A DNA stretch of 64,000 bases from NCBI GenBank assembly GCA_945869735.1, contig CAMBPQ010000013.1, positions 155 to 64,154 on the forward strand, in the 5' to 3' direction. Below are positions 34,011 through 42,921 of this stretch, piece by piece (position 1 is the stretch's first letter; every line of letters begins with the position of its first letter). The translations under genes and the position numbers were made by a program. Source of the DNA: Planctomicrobium piriforme (GTDB lineage Bacteria > Planctomycetota > Planctomycetia > Pirellulales > UBA1268). The notes under the pieces are model-generated. The model did not search any database, was not told the DNA's origin, and saw nothing but the letters and a program-made list of their open reading frames with translations.

Positions 34011-35774
34011 ATGATCGTTCAGGAACTGCACCACATTCAGCACCGGCACCGGCACCTGCCCGAGGCGGAACTCCGCAAGCTCGCCGAACGCACCGGCACG
34101 CCGCTCCACCGGCTGCAGGAGGTCGCGAGCTTCTTTCCTCACTTCCGCCGGTCGCCGGCGCCGGCGGTCGAGGTGCTCATCTGCCACGACATGGCCTGCC
34201 ACCAGCATGGCTGCGTGGGACTGAAGCGGGATCTTGAGCAGTCGCTCGCCGGCGAGCTGTCGGCGGGCAACGCGGCGGTGAAATATGCCTCCTGTCTGGG
34301 GCGGTGCGACCGTCCCGTGGCGACGCTGGTCAACGACCAACTCTATGCGGCCAGGTCGGCCGCCGACCTAGCGCAGATCGTGCGCACCACGCTCGCCGGC
34401 TCCCCTCCGCCAGCCGACACCGACAGCGGCTATCAGGTACATGCCAATCGTCCCTGGAGAATCGACCCCTACGCGGGTCCATCCACCTACGAGGCCGTCA
34501 GGGCCTTCGTGGCGTCTGGCGACGTGCAGGCCGTGATCGACATCCTGAAAATCTCCGACCTCCGCGGGATGGGCGGGGCGGGCGTGCCGGCCCATCAAAA
34601 GTGGAACGACGTCTGGAAGGCAAAGGGAGATGCGAAATACATCGTCTGTAACGCCGACGAGAGCGAGCCGGGCACGTTCAAAGACCGTGAGCTGCTGACG
34701 CAGCACCCGCACCTCGTGCTGGAGGGCGTGATCCTCGCGGGCCTGATGACGGGGGCGACGCGGGGCACGATCTACATCCGCCACGAGTATGCCGAACAGA
34801 TCGCAATCATGAACCGCGAGATCTCGCGGGCCGTCGCGGCTGGCGTCTGCGGGGTCAACGTGCTCGGCAGCGGGCGGACGTTTCCGGTTGATGTCTTTAC
34901 GAGCCCCGGCGGCTATATCTGCGGCGAGCAGAGCGCGCTGATCGAGGCGATGGAAGACCGCCGGGCCCAGCCGCGGAACAAGCCGCCCCAACTCGAGACC
35001 AACGGCCTCTACGACAAGCCGACGCTCGTCAGCAACGTGGAGACGTTCGCGTGGGCACCGGCGATCGTGATCAACGGCGGCGAATGGTATGCGGCCCAGG
35101 GAATCAACGGCTGCAAGGGAAGGCGACTGTTTTCGATTTCAGGCGACGTGCTTCGTCCGGGCGTCTATGAGGTGCCAAGCGGCATCACGCTGCGGGAGTT
35201 TCTCGTCGATCTGGCCGGCGGCGTGTCCGGCCCAGGCGGCCATGCTGGCACGCTCAAGGCGTTTGCCCCGTCGGGACCATCGGGCGGATTCATGCCGGCG
35301 AAGCTACCCGTCTCGTCCCTCCCGCGGGGCTGGGAAAAGCGGGCCCCAGCACCGCTTCAAGCGGCGGTGGCGGCCGCCGGCGGCACCCACCTCGACATCC
35401 TCGACCTGCAGCTCGACCTGCAGCGGTTTCGCGATCTTGGGCTGGCCATCGGCGCCGGCATGGTCGTCTATAACGACACCCGTGACATGGTCGCCGAGGC
35501 CGTCAACTGCTCCGAGTTCTTCCGGGACGAGTCGTGCGGGAAGTGCGTTCCCTGCCGGCTCGGATCGGAGAAGATCGTCGAGATCGGTCATGAGCTCGCC
35601 GGCCGGCGGTTCGATCCGCAGGCGTTGGCGGCACAGCAGCTGCTCGTGCACGAGCTCACCCGCGCGATGGAGATGACGTCGATCTGCGGACTGGGAATGG
35701 TTGCTGCCAAGCCGCTGCAGTCGGTGTTTGAGTTCTTTCCAGCCGACGTCGAAGCCCATCTGCAGAAGGTCTGA
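34011..35774 (+). CDS. NuoE-NuoF fusion (FMN/NAD(P)H-binding, 2Fe-2S plus 4Fe-4S) diaphorase subunit
   Basis: CHDMAC...CLGRCD (NuoE cluster); LRGMGGAG, CNADESEPGTFKDR, YICGEQSAL, SNVETF, CGKCVPCR...CGLG. Confidence 0.92.
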   Translation: MIVQELHHIQHRHRHLPEAELRKLAERTGTPLHRLQEVASFFPHFRRSPAPAVEVLICHDMACHQHGCVGLKRDLEQSLAGELSAGNAAVKYASCLGRCDRPVATLVNDQLYAARSAADLAQIVRTTLAGSPPPADTDSGYQVHANRPWRIDPYAGPSTYEAVRAFVASGDVQAVIDILKISDLRGMGGAGVPAHQKWNDVWKAKGDAKYIVCNADESEPGTFKDRELLTQHPHLVLEGVILAGLMTGATRGTIYIRHEYAEQIAIMNREISRAVAAGVCGVNVLGSGRTFPVDVFTSPGGYICGEQSALIEAMEDRRAQPRNKPPQLETNGLYDKPTLVSNVETFAWAPAIVINGGEWYAAQGINGCKGRRLFSISGDVLRPGVYEVPSGITLREFLVDLAGGVSGPGGHAGTLKAFAPSGPSGGFMPAKLPVSSLPRGWEKRAPAPLQAAVAAAGGTHLDILDLQLDLQRFRDLGLAIGAGMVVYNDTRDMVAEAVNCSEFFRDESCGKCVPCRLGSEKIVEIGHELAGRRFDPQALAAQQLLVHELTRAMEMTSICGLGMVAAKPLQSVFEFFPADVEAHLQKV

Positions 35775-35778
35775 AGCC

Positions 35779-38340
35779 ATGGCCGGGCACGATACCGAAA
35801 CTCGCCGTCCGGACATGCTCGACGACGGCCTCGTGCTGCCCGAGGAGGACGGCCTGTTCGCTCGCGACATCGACGGCCAGCTCGTGCGGATGGACAAGGT
35901 CACGGCGGCCGATTTCGAGAAACAGATCACGATCAAGATCGATGGTCGCGAGGTGACCGTTCCCAAGGCGGTGCCGCAGACCGATTCGCAGGGCAGGATT
36001 CTCCGCGATGCCGAAGGGCGGCCGATCCCGCGGGCGACCACGATCTACGACGCCGCCACCAAGGCCTACGCGGGCGATCCCGCGGGTAATCCCGTTCCGA
36101 TTCTCTGCCACCAGGAGCATCTCGACCCGGTCGGCGTCTGCCGTGTCTGCTGCGTGGAGATCGCGAAGGTAAAACGCGGCTCGATGCAGCGGGAGCGGAA
36201 GCTACTCCCCGCCTGCCACCACCGCGTCGAGGAGACGATGGAGGTGCAGACGATTCGCTCCCCCGACCTGGCGGCACGGAAGCGGGTCGATGCAAACGTG
36301 CGGACGCTCGTCAACCTGCTCGCCGCCGATCACCTGCCGGCCGATTGGAAGGCGGGCCTGCCTGCCAACGAACTCGGACGGCTTGTCGAGGAGCTTGATG
36401 AACTCGCCCTCGATGCGCGGGCGATTGAGGCGGCCACCGACCCGGCGATCGACCCGGCCGTGATCGAGGCGAAGTGGCCGCTGGCCGGTGGGCAGCTCTT
36501 CAGCCGGCGGGCGCTCGACCGTGGCCGTGACGACAGCTCCTCCCGGATCGCCGTGGATCACAACCAGTGCATCCTCTGCGACCGCTGCGTGCGGGCCTGC
36601 AACGAGGTCAAGGAAAACCACGTCATCGGGCGTTCGGGCAAGGGCTATGCCACGCACATCGGTTTTGATCTGGATGATCCGATGGGGTCTTCCAGCTGTG
36701 TCTCCTGCGGCGAGTGCATGATCTCCTGCCCGACGGGAGCGCTGGTGTTTCGTGAGTTGGTCGGGGCGGCCTCCCCTGGCGGAAGCGATCGCCCGGACAT
36801 CGAGGAACTGAAACGGCATCCGCTGTTTGCGGGTATTCCGGCGAAGTTTCTCGAATGGAACTCACAGAGCATCACCCGCCGTCGCTTTCGGGTGGGCGAG
36901 GTGATCTGCCACGAGGGTGAGTATGCGTCGACGGCGTTCGTCCTCGTCCGCGGCCGCGTGGGCGTGTCGATCGGGGCGGCTGGCGCCCGTGAGGCAACGG
37001 CCGCGGCCGGCGGCTTCAAGGCGTTTGTCCGTTCCGCTACCAGTTGGCTGCAGGGCACTGCCTCCGCGCGGCCGGGCCGCCGCCTCGCAAAGCAGAAGTC
37101 CGTGGCGATCGATAGCGGCCGTTCGCTCGCGCTGGTCGATGGCAAATGGGTCGGTGAACTGACGCCCGCCGACGTGCTCTTCGGAGAGATGTCGTGTCTC
37201 AACGCCTACCCGCGATCGGCGACGGTGGTCACGCTCGAGGAGACCGAGGTTCTCGAGATCCACCGCAACGTGCTCTACATGCTGCAGCGGAGCGAGTCGT
37301 CGCGGCAAGTCCTCGACCAGGCCTACCGCAGCCGCACGCTTGCCCAGGAGCTTTCCCAGCTCTCGATGTTTCGCGGGCTCTCGGAGGAAGACCGCCGTCA
37401 CTCCGCCGAATTCCTGCGAGACCGGGCGGAACTCGTGACGGTGGACAAGGGCCAGCCGATCTTCCGGCAGGGCGACGTCGCCACCGACTTCTACAAGGTT
37501 CGCTTCGGGTTTGTGAAAGTTTCGCAGCGGATGGGGGAGCATGAGCGGGTGCTCGACTATCTGGGCCCCGGCCGCACGTTTGGCGAGATCGGCCTGATCT
37601 CATCGATGGTCGACCTCGACACGGAACTGGCCAGTTCCGGCGGCACGCGCGCCCTGCGCGTGGCCACGTGCACGGCGCTCGACACCGTCGAACTCGTGCG
37701 TATCCGTGGTACTGATTTCCGTGAGATCGTCGAGCGATATCCGGCGGCTCGGGACGAACTGGTTGCAGAGGCCCGGCGGCTATTGGCACTCAACGTCGAC
37801 CGCAGTCGGCAGAACGACGGCGGGCTCGAGGAGTTTATTGGCAACGGCCTCTACAGCGCCCAGAAACTGCTCGTGCTTGATCTCGAGAGTTGTACGCGGT
37901 GTGACGAGTGCACGAAGGCCTGCTCCGACACGCACGAGGGGGTGACTCGGCTGATCCGCGAGGGGCTGCGATTCGAGAACTTTCTCGTGGCTAGTTCGTG
38001 CCGGTCCTGCCTCGATCCCTACTGCTTGGTCGGCTGCCCCGTTGACGCGATCCATCGCAAGCCGCGGGAGAACCATCCCGGTGCCGTCGAGATCGTGATC
38101 GAGGACCACTGCATCGGCTGTGGGCTCTGTTCGAGCAACTGCCCCTACGGCAACATCTCCATGCACAAGGACGAGGAGGAGGACCGCCGTGTAGCCACCA
38201 CCTGCGACCTCTGTCGCGACCTTGTCGGCCCTGACGACGATCCCAGCTGCGTCTACGCCTGTCCGCACAACGCGGCCTTCCGGATGAGCGGGCAGGAGCT
38301 CCTCCAGATCGTCTCCAGCCGCCACGCAAGGGTGCCCTGA
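35779..38340 (+). CDS. Multi-Fe-S protein: NuoG/FdhF-type N-terminus, two cNMP-binding domains, DmsB-like four-cluster ferredoxin
   Basis: LCH...CRVC...PAC (2Fe-2S); CILCDRCVRAC, CVSCGECMISCP; FGEMSCLNAYPRSATV and FGEIGLI...RVATC; CTRCDECTKAC, CRSCLDPYCLVGCP, CIGCGLCSSNCP, CDLC...SCVYACP. Confidence 0.9.
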   Translation: MAGHDTETRRPDMLDDGLVLPEEDGLFARDIDGQLVRMDKVTAADFEKQITIKIDGREVTVPKAVPQTDSQGRILRDAEGRPIPRATTIYDAATKAYAGDPAGNPVPILCHQEHLDPVGVCRVCCVEIAKVKRGSMQRERKLLPACHHRVEETMEVQTIRSPDLAARKRVDANVRTLVNLLAADHLPADWKAGLPANELGRLVEELDELALDARAIEAATDPAIDPAVIEAKWPLAGGQLFSRRALDRGRDDSSSRIAVDHNQCILCDRCVRACNEVKENHVIGRSGKGYATHIGFDLDDPMGSSSCVSCGECMISCPTGALVFRELVGAASPGGSDRPDIEELKRHPLFAGIPAKFLEWNSQSITRRRFRVGEVICHEGEYASTAFVLVRGRVGVSIGAAGAREATAAAGGFKAFVRSATSWLQGTASARPGRRLAKQKSVAIDSGRSLALVDGKWVGELTPADVLFGEMSCLNAYPRSATVVTLEETEVLEIHRNVLYMLQRSESSRQVLDQAYRSRTLAQELSQLSMFRGLSEEDRRHSAEFLRDRAELVTVDKGQPIFRQGDVATDFYKVRFGFVKVSQRMGEHERVLDYLGPGRTFGEIGLISSMVDLDTELASSGGTRALRVATCTALDTVELVRIRGTDFREIVERYPAARDELVAEARRLLALNVDRSRQNDGGLEEFIGNGLYSAQKLLVLDLESCTRCDECTKACSDTHEGVTRLIREGLRFENFLVASSCRSCLDPYCLVGCPVDAIHRKPRENHPGAVEIVIEDHCIGCGLCSSNCPYGNISMHKDEEEDRRVATTCDLCRDLVGPDDDPSCVYACPHNAAFRMSGQELLQIVSSRHARVP

Positions 38341-38403
38341 GAAGGACAGGCTCAATCCTGTTCGGCACGGGGGTTGCCGGGCAGGTGAATCGGCGTCTTG
38401 CGA

Positions 38404-38542
38404 GGGAGGGGTTGCCCGCGTCCTTTCGCTGGACGTTCGCGGCGGGCCTCCAGCCCGCCGCTCACTGCGGTGGAAGCTGCGCTTCGCAATCCTTGCTTCG
38501 CTTGCTTCCACAGCCCGCTCGAGGACGCGGGCCACCCCTCCC
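38404..38542. repeat. Palindromic (cruciform) intergenic element between convergent genes
   Basis: Ends GGGAGGGGTTGCCCGCGTCCT / AGGACGCGGGCCACCCCTCCC (20 of 21 complementary); internal hairpins GCGGCGGGC-ctcca-GCCCGCCGC and GTGGAAGC...GCTTCCAC. Confidence 0.65.
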
Positions 38543-38551
38543 GCCGGCTGT

Positions 38552-39982
38552 TTACCGGTCGCGACTCTCGATCGCCCTGACGATTGCCTCAAGTTCGAGG
38601 CGCACGGCGGCGGGATCGTAGTCGTGCGGGCTGTCGAACCGCACTTTTCTGCCGCCGACCTCGCCTTCGGGAAACTCGAGCATTGTCCGCACGGCAGCGA
38701 GCCGTTGCCGAATCTCCGTCACGTCCTCATGGGTCGCCAGTCGGTCAGTAAGGGCGTTGAGAGCCTTGGCCCCGATCACTACTTCGTCCCAGTTCGCGAC
38801 GTTAAGACTCTCGAGTGCAAGGCGGGCGAGTTGGTTGTCGGGAATCGTCTTCAGCCGGTCGCTCGCGAGGTATTGCGCGGTTTTGACTGCCTGACGGCAG
38901 GCCTCGATCGCTTCCGGCCGTGGCGGTTGCCACCACGTGGCCTCGACATCCGTGCGGAAGGCGGCCAGCGTGCGTGCGGCATCCTCGGGTAAGAGTTCTT
39001 CCGTCAGCGCCCACCGCATCGGCTCCAGCCGCAGGCGACCGAGCGGCCGGGTGGCGGTCGCACTGCGATCAACCGGTATGTGATCGATCTGGGCGTGATC
39101 GATCTGGGCGATGGCCTGTCGGTGGCAGCCGTAGCAATCGAAGGCGGTGAACTCCGGCCAGACCCCGGCCTGGTCGCCAGCGCCCGTTTTCATCGCGCGA
39201 GCGGCCTGAAACTCAATCTTCGCCAGATACGCGTCGAGCGCCCCGAGCCGACCGAGAACCACTTCATCGAGCACGTCGAGACCACCGTCGCCAGCAGCAA
39301 ATCGATCCCGCCAGTGCGGCGGCTCCCCCTGTTTGAAACTTCTGAGGTTGAAGACCAGGCGGGGATGGCCGGCGGCGATCATGTCATGGCTCACCTCGTA
39401 GAGGGCGCCGTCGGCCGCGGGGGGAGCGCCGATGTGACACTGGCCGCACTGGGTGGCGCAGATGTACGGGTCGGCGAGATCGACCATACCGAGGGAGTTG
39501 CCCCGTGTCTGCCAGCCGGGCAGCGTGTGGGCGACAAGCCAGTCACCAGCGGGTCCGTGGCATGACTCGCAGCTCACGCCCTCGGAGGCGCGGGCCCCCT
39601 GCACGGTGGTATGGCAGCCCAGGCAGGACTTGTTTTCATGGGCAGGCGATAGCGAATGGGATGGATCCCGTGCGCTGAGCAGGGTGATGATCTGCTGTGC
39701 GAGCGGTTCCCGGAGCACCTCGTAGGCCCGCGTGTGCCGATCGTGCGTGGCCCACACGGTGTAGGCGCTCTCCCAGGGCAGGTGGCCCTCTATGGGGGCG
39801 GCATGGCAACCAGCCGTCGCGCAGCCACCGGCCCCAAGCACCGCCCGGGGCGCCGCGACGCTTCGTGCGCTCCCTGCGTCGCCCACCGGTTCACTCGCAC
39901 GGCGGCCTGACACGCCGTACGCCAGCAGCATCGCGAGCCCGGCAATGATCACGAAAAAAAGAATGCCACGCGGTCTGTCCAT
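38552..39982 (-). CDS. Multiheme cytochrome c (c554-like, 5 heme motifs), membrane-anchored
   Basis: CATAGCH, CLGCH, CESCH, CGQCH, CYGCH; HDMIAAGHP; N-terminal transmembrane helix. Confidence 0.88.
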   Translation of the reverse strand: MDRPRGILFFVIIAGLAMLLAYGVSGRRASEPVGDAGSARSVAAPRAVLGAGGCATAGCHAAPIEGHLPWESAYTVWATHDRHTRAYEVLREPLAQQIITLLSARDPSHSLSPAHENKSCLGCHTTVQGARASEGVSCESCHGPAGDWLVAHTLPGWQTRGNSLGMVDLADPYICATQCGQCHIGAPPAADGALYEVSHDMIAAGHPRLVFNLRSFKQGEPPHWRDRFAAGDGGLDVLDEVVLGRLGALDAYLAKIEFQAARAMKTGAGDQAGVWPEFTAFDCYGCHRQAIAQIDHAQIDHIPVDRSATATRPLGRLRLEPMRWALTEELLPEDAARTLAAFRTDVEATWWQPPRPEAIEACRQAVKTAQYLASDRLKTIPDNQLARLALESLNVANWDEVVIGAKALNALTDRLATHEDVTEIRQRLAAVRTMLEFPEGEVGGRKVRFDSPHDYDPAAVRLELEAIVRAIESRDR

Positions 39983-39996
39983 CTGCCGTGTATCCT

Positions 39997-41646
39997 TCAC
40001 GGCGGGGCGTGGGGGCCAAGCCCGTGGTAGCCATGGCATTCGACGCAGTCGAAACGCACCCCGCCCACGGTCGTCTTGGTGGCGGCATCATAGCGTGACG
40101 GTGCATGGCACTGCGTGCATGACTCCCGGCCCGCGATCATCACGATCGAGTTGTCGAGCGGTGAACCATACGAGCCAGTGTGCGTGCCATCCGCGGCCGG
40201 ATCATCGGGGTAGGCCGCAGCATGGCAGAGCCGACAGTCGTAGGAACGGTGGGGATGGTGATCGAACCGCGCCTTGGAGAGCCAGACATCCGGCACCCTG
40301 CTCGGCAGCACCCGAAACCAGTTGGTGGTCACCCCCGCCTCAGTCTCGGCTTTCTCGAGCAGGCTGCCGTCGTTCGACACGGTCGCAGTGTCGAGGGTGT
40401 GGCACTTGTCGCAGGTGCCCTGCACGAAGGTTCGGGCCGCCCGCACCCGATCGACGATAGCCATCCGGAGCGTCTCATCGGGCACGGCAGCATTCCGGAC
40501 GGAGGGGAGCGGATCCGTCGTCTTGATCCTGGCATCGAGCAGACGCCGGTTGTCTTCGAGCGCCTCTTCGAGGAATGTCGATTCCAGAAATCGCCGCAGT
40601 CCCTCGGCATCGAGTCCGTGGGGGACGAAGTGCTCACTCTGCAGGCTTGGCGGGCGGCGCTCAAGGGCCGTGTCGGCGGCCACGTCGCTGCCTGCGGGTA
40701 CGGCCATGCCGTCGTAGGGCAGCACGTGGCAGGCGGCGCAGTGCCGTTCAAACTCCACCGGCAACGCATAGGCCCCGGGCGATGATGCCGTGAGCAGGCT
40801 ACTCACGGTCCGCAGCTCTCCCGGCGCCGAAGAGGAGGCGAACTCATGGCAGGAGTTGCAGGAGAGCTGGATCGCGTCGGCGTCGAGCCCGCCCGTGGGG
40901 AGATACCGGCTGCGATCCTTCTCCGGAAGCAGGCCATACGTCCACACCTGTGCGGCCCGCCGTGTGTACGGCTTGAGCGTGCGGTCCTCGGGATGGTCGC
41001 TGTCGCTGGCGAACGTCAACCCGGCACGCATGTGCCGGCCGTGCGAAAACTTCACCGTGCCCGGATCGGAGGCGAGAGACGCAAATGGCGGGTGGTGCTC
41101 GTTGTCGAATCGCGTGATCGGTGTCGTCACACCCGAGGGGACGACCGCCGAGGTGGCAATCCGATGAGCCGAGATGTTGGCATGGCAGGCCGTGCAGGAA
41201 TGGTCGGCCACCCGCGTGAGGTCGTTCGATCGGCCCTGGTGATCGGCATGGCAGGAGGCGCACGATCCAACCTCGGCGGCGAGTTGCAATGGATGGTGGG
41301 AGGCCGCGCGGTGGCAGGCCTCACATTTGGCTTCCATCTCCCGGCGGGTTTCCGCCGTGGTCAGCCAGGTGTTGTCCTTGATGGGCGAGAGCGGCACGTG
41401 GCAGGCCGCGCAGTCGTTTTCCCACTTTGCATGCACGGTGGCCACCGGCCCCGGCGAGTGGTGCCGTGGCACGTCGATCGCTCCCCAGGCACACCAGCCG
41501 ATTCCGAAGACGACCGCTACCCCGATCAGCCAGCGGCGTCCGCGTTGCAGGGAGCTGAGTTGATGGAAGTAGGAGCGGTCGATCCGTGAGACCTGCTCGC
41601 GGGACGTCGCCTTACGATTCAGCGGTTGATCATTCGGGCCGGGCAT
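39997..41646 (-). CDS. Decaheme cytochrome c (c3-like), membrane-anchored
   Basis: 10 CXXCH: CAACH, CEACH, CASCH, CTACH, CNSCH, CAACH, CDKCH, CRLCH, CTQCH, CVECH; transmembrane helix near the N-terminus. Confidence 0.9.
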   Translation of the reverse strand: MPGPNDQPLNRKATSREQVSRIDRSYFHQLSSLQRGRRWLIGVAVVFGIGWCAWGAIDVPRHHSPGPVATVHAKWENDCAACHVPLSPIKDNTWLTTAETRREMEAKCEACHRAASHHPLQLAAEVGSCASCHADHQGRSNDLTRVADHSCTACHANISAHRIATSAVVPSGVTTPITRFDNEHHPPFASLASDPGTVKFSHGRHMRAGLTFASDSDHPEDRTLKPYTRRAAQVWTYGLLPEKDRSRYLPTGGLDADAIQLSCNSCHEFASSSAPGELRTVSSLLTASSPGAYALPVEFERHCAACHVLPYDGMAVPAGSDVAADTALERRPPSLQSEHFVPHGLDAEGLRRFLESTFLEEALEDNRRLLDARIKTTDPLPSVRNAAVPDETLRMAIVDRVRAARTFVQGTCDKCHTLDTATVSNDGSLLEKAETEAGVTTNWFRVLPSRVPDVWLSKARFDHHPHRSYDCRLCHAAAYPDDPAADGTHTGSYGSPLDNSIVMIAGRESCTQCHAPSRYDAATKTTVGGVRFDCVECHGYHGLGPHAPP

Positions 41647-41650
41647 GACA

Positions 41651-42661
41651 CTACCAGTACCAAAGAGCGACCGGCACGTGGATCGCAAGGAGAATTCCCA
41701 AGGCGACCGACACCGGCACGTGCACGAGTAGCCAGCCATGCAGCCAGCCGTGCAGCCGCGACTGCAAGTCGAACTGGCGTCGATTCTCGCACAACTGCTC
41801 GAGCTGGTTGATCAGATCGCTGGCGGCGGCGGGAGCATCGGCCCGCAGCGTTGCGAAAAACTGCCACGATTCCAGCCTCCCCGCCAGCGGCGAACCGCCG
41901 CCGGCACCGGCCAGGAGATAGGGCCGAATCTGCTCGTTGAAACGCCTGGCGATCTCCCGGGTTCCCGGGATGACGCTGTAGATCGGAACGGTCTCGAGCA
42001 CCTTTCCCTGGATCCCGGTCATCGATCGGAAGCCGGTGATGACGGCATATTCGGCCTCTTCGTCATGACGATCTCCACGGTTATGGTCGTCAGACTCGAA
42101 TCCTCCGGCGGTGGCACCAGATTCGTGGTCGGGCTGGTCGGCAACGGGTTCGCAGAGCGCATTGACGAGTTTTTCCGCATCGGTGGCCTGCTGTGCTGCG
42201 ACGTGCTCGATCTGATCGTAGATCGTCTCGGCAGGCACATGTTTCAGCAGTAATTTCGGCAGGAACTGCTGCAGAACGAGTCCCCAGACGCCGCTTCCGA
42301 TCACGATCACGAACGTCCACATCAGGGCCACATTCAGTAGTCCGCCAATAAAAAAGAGCCTCGCATGCATCACGACCAGTGGCACTGACAAGAGCCCGAG
42401 CCAGACGTGCGCCCGCAGCCAGGTCTGGGCCGAGCCGATCCGCCAGGAGCGGACGTATTTTCTCGGCCAGAGCAACAGTTCGAAGACGATAATCAGGCCC
42501 CCAGCGATCCCGTAGAGAAACCCCGAGTGGCTGCTGCCACCGGGGATCGTCCCGACGGTAGACCACTCGACGGCGTAGGCCGCCACGGCCAGCACCGAGA
42601 CCGCCACGATCGCGATCACCCACTTCCGATCGTGCGGCCAGGTTTTTCCACCGATGATCAA
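41651..42661 (-). CDS. Integral membrane protein with paired His helices (cytochrome b/ferric-reductase-like)
   Basis: About five transmembrane helices; WLRAHVWLGLLSVPLVVMH and WLLVHVPVSVALGILLAIH; TTG start after GGAG; 4 nt from the decaheme gene. Confidence 0.72.
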   Translation of the reverse strand: MIIGGKTWPHDRKWVIAIVAVSVLAVAAYAVEWSTVGTIPGGSSHSGFLYGIAGGLIIVFELLLWPRKYVRSWRIGSAQTWLRAHVWLGLLSVPLVVMHARLFFIGGLLNVALMWTFVIVIGSGVWGLVLQQFLPKLLLKHVPAETIYDQIEHVAAQQATDAEKLVNALCEPVADQPDHESGATAGGFESDDHNRGDRHDEEAEYAVITGFRSMTGIQGKVLETVPIYSVIPGTREIARRFNEQIRPYLLAGAGGGSPLAGRLESWQFFATLRADAPAAASDLINQLEQLCENRRQFDLQSRLHGWLHGWLLVHVPVSVALGILLAIHVPVALWYW

Positions 42662-42921
42662 GAGGGGCGCTCCGGGCAGAAGCAGAGGCAGAAGACAGCC
42701 TTGGCCGCTCGTTGGAGACGGTCCTCGGAACTTCCATTTCGCTGTAATACTAGGTGTTTTCGCCTCTCTGGAAAACGGCATTCGCCCCGACAACCGAGCT
42801 TTTGGTGCGGAAAAGGCTGAATATCCCGATCAGGGGGTGAATCGCACGATTTCTGCATCGGCGGGCGGTCTCCCGTCGAGTCTTCATACAGGGGACGTTG
42901 CGATCCTGGGAACTGCCTGAC

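Noticed and set aside
34011-38340. Calling these genes complex I nuoEFG, formate dehydrogenase or hydrogenase
   Set aside because: No molybdopterin, H-cluster or NiFe domain, and no other nuo genes in the window
39080-39109. 15-bp tandem duplication (AQIDH x2) in a cytochrome gene
   Set aside because: In-frame slippage in a probable loop; no evident significance
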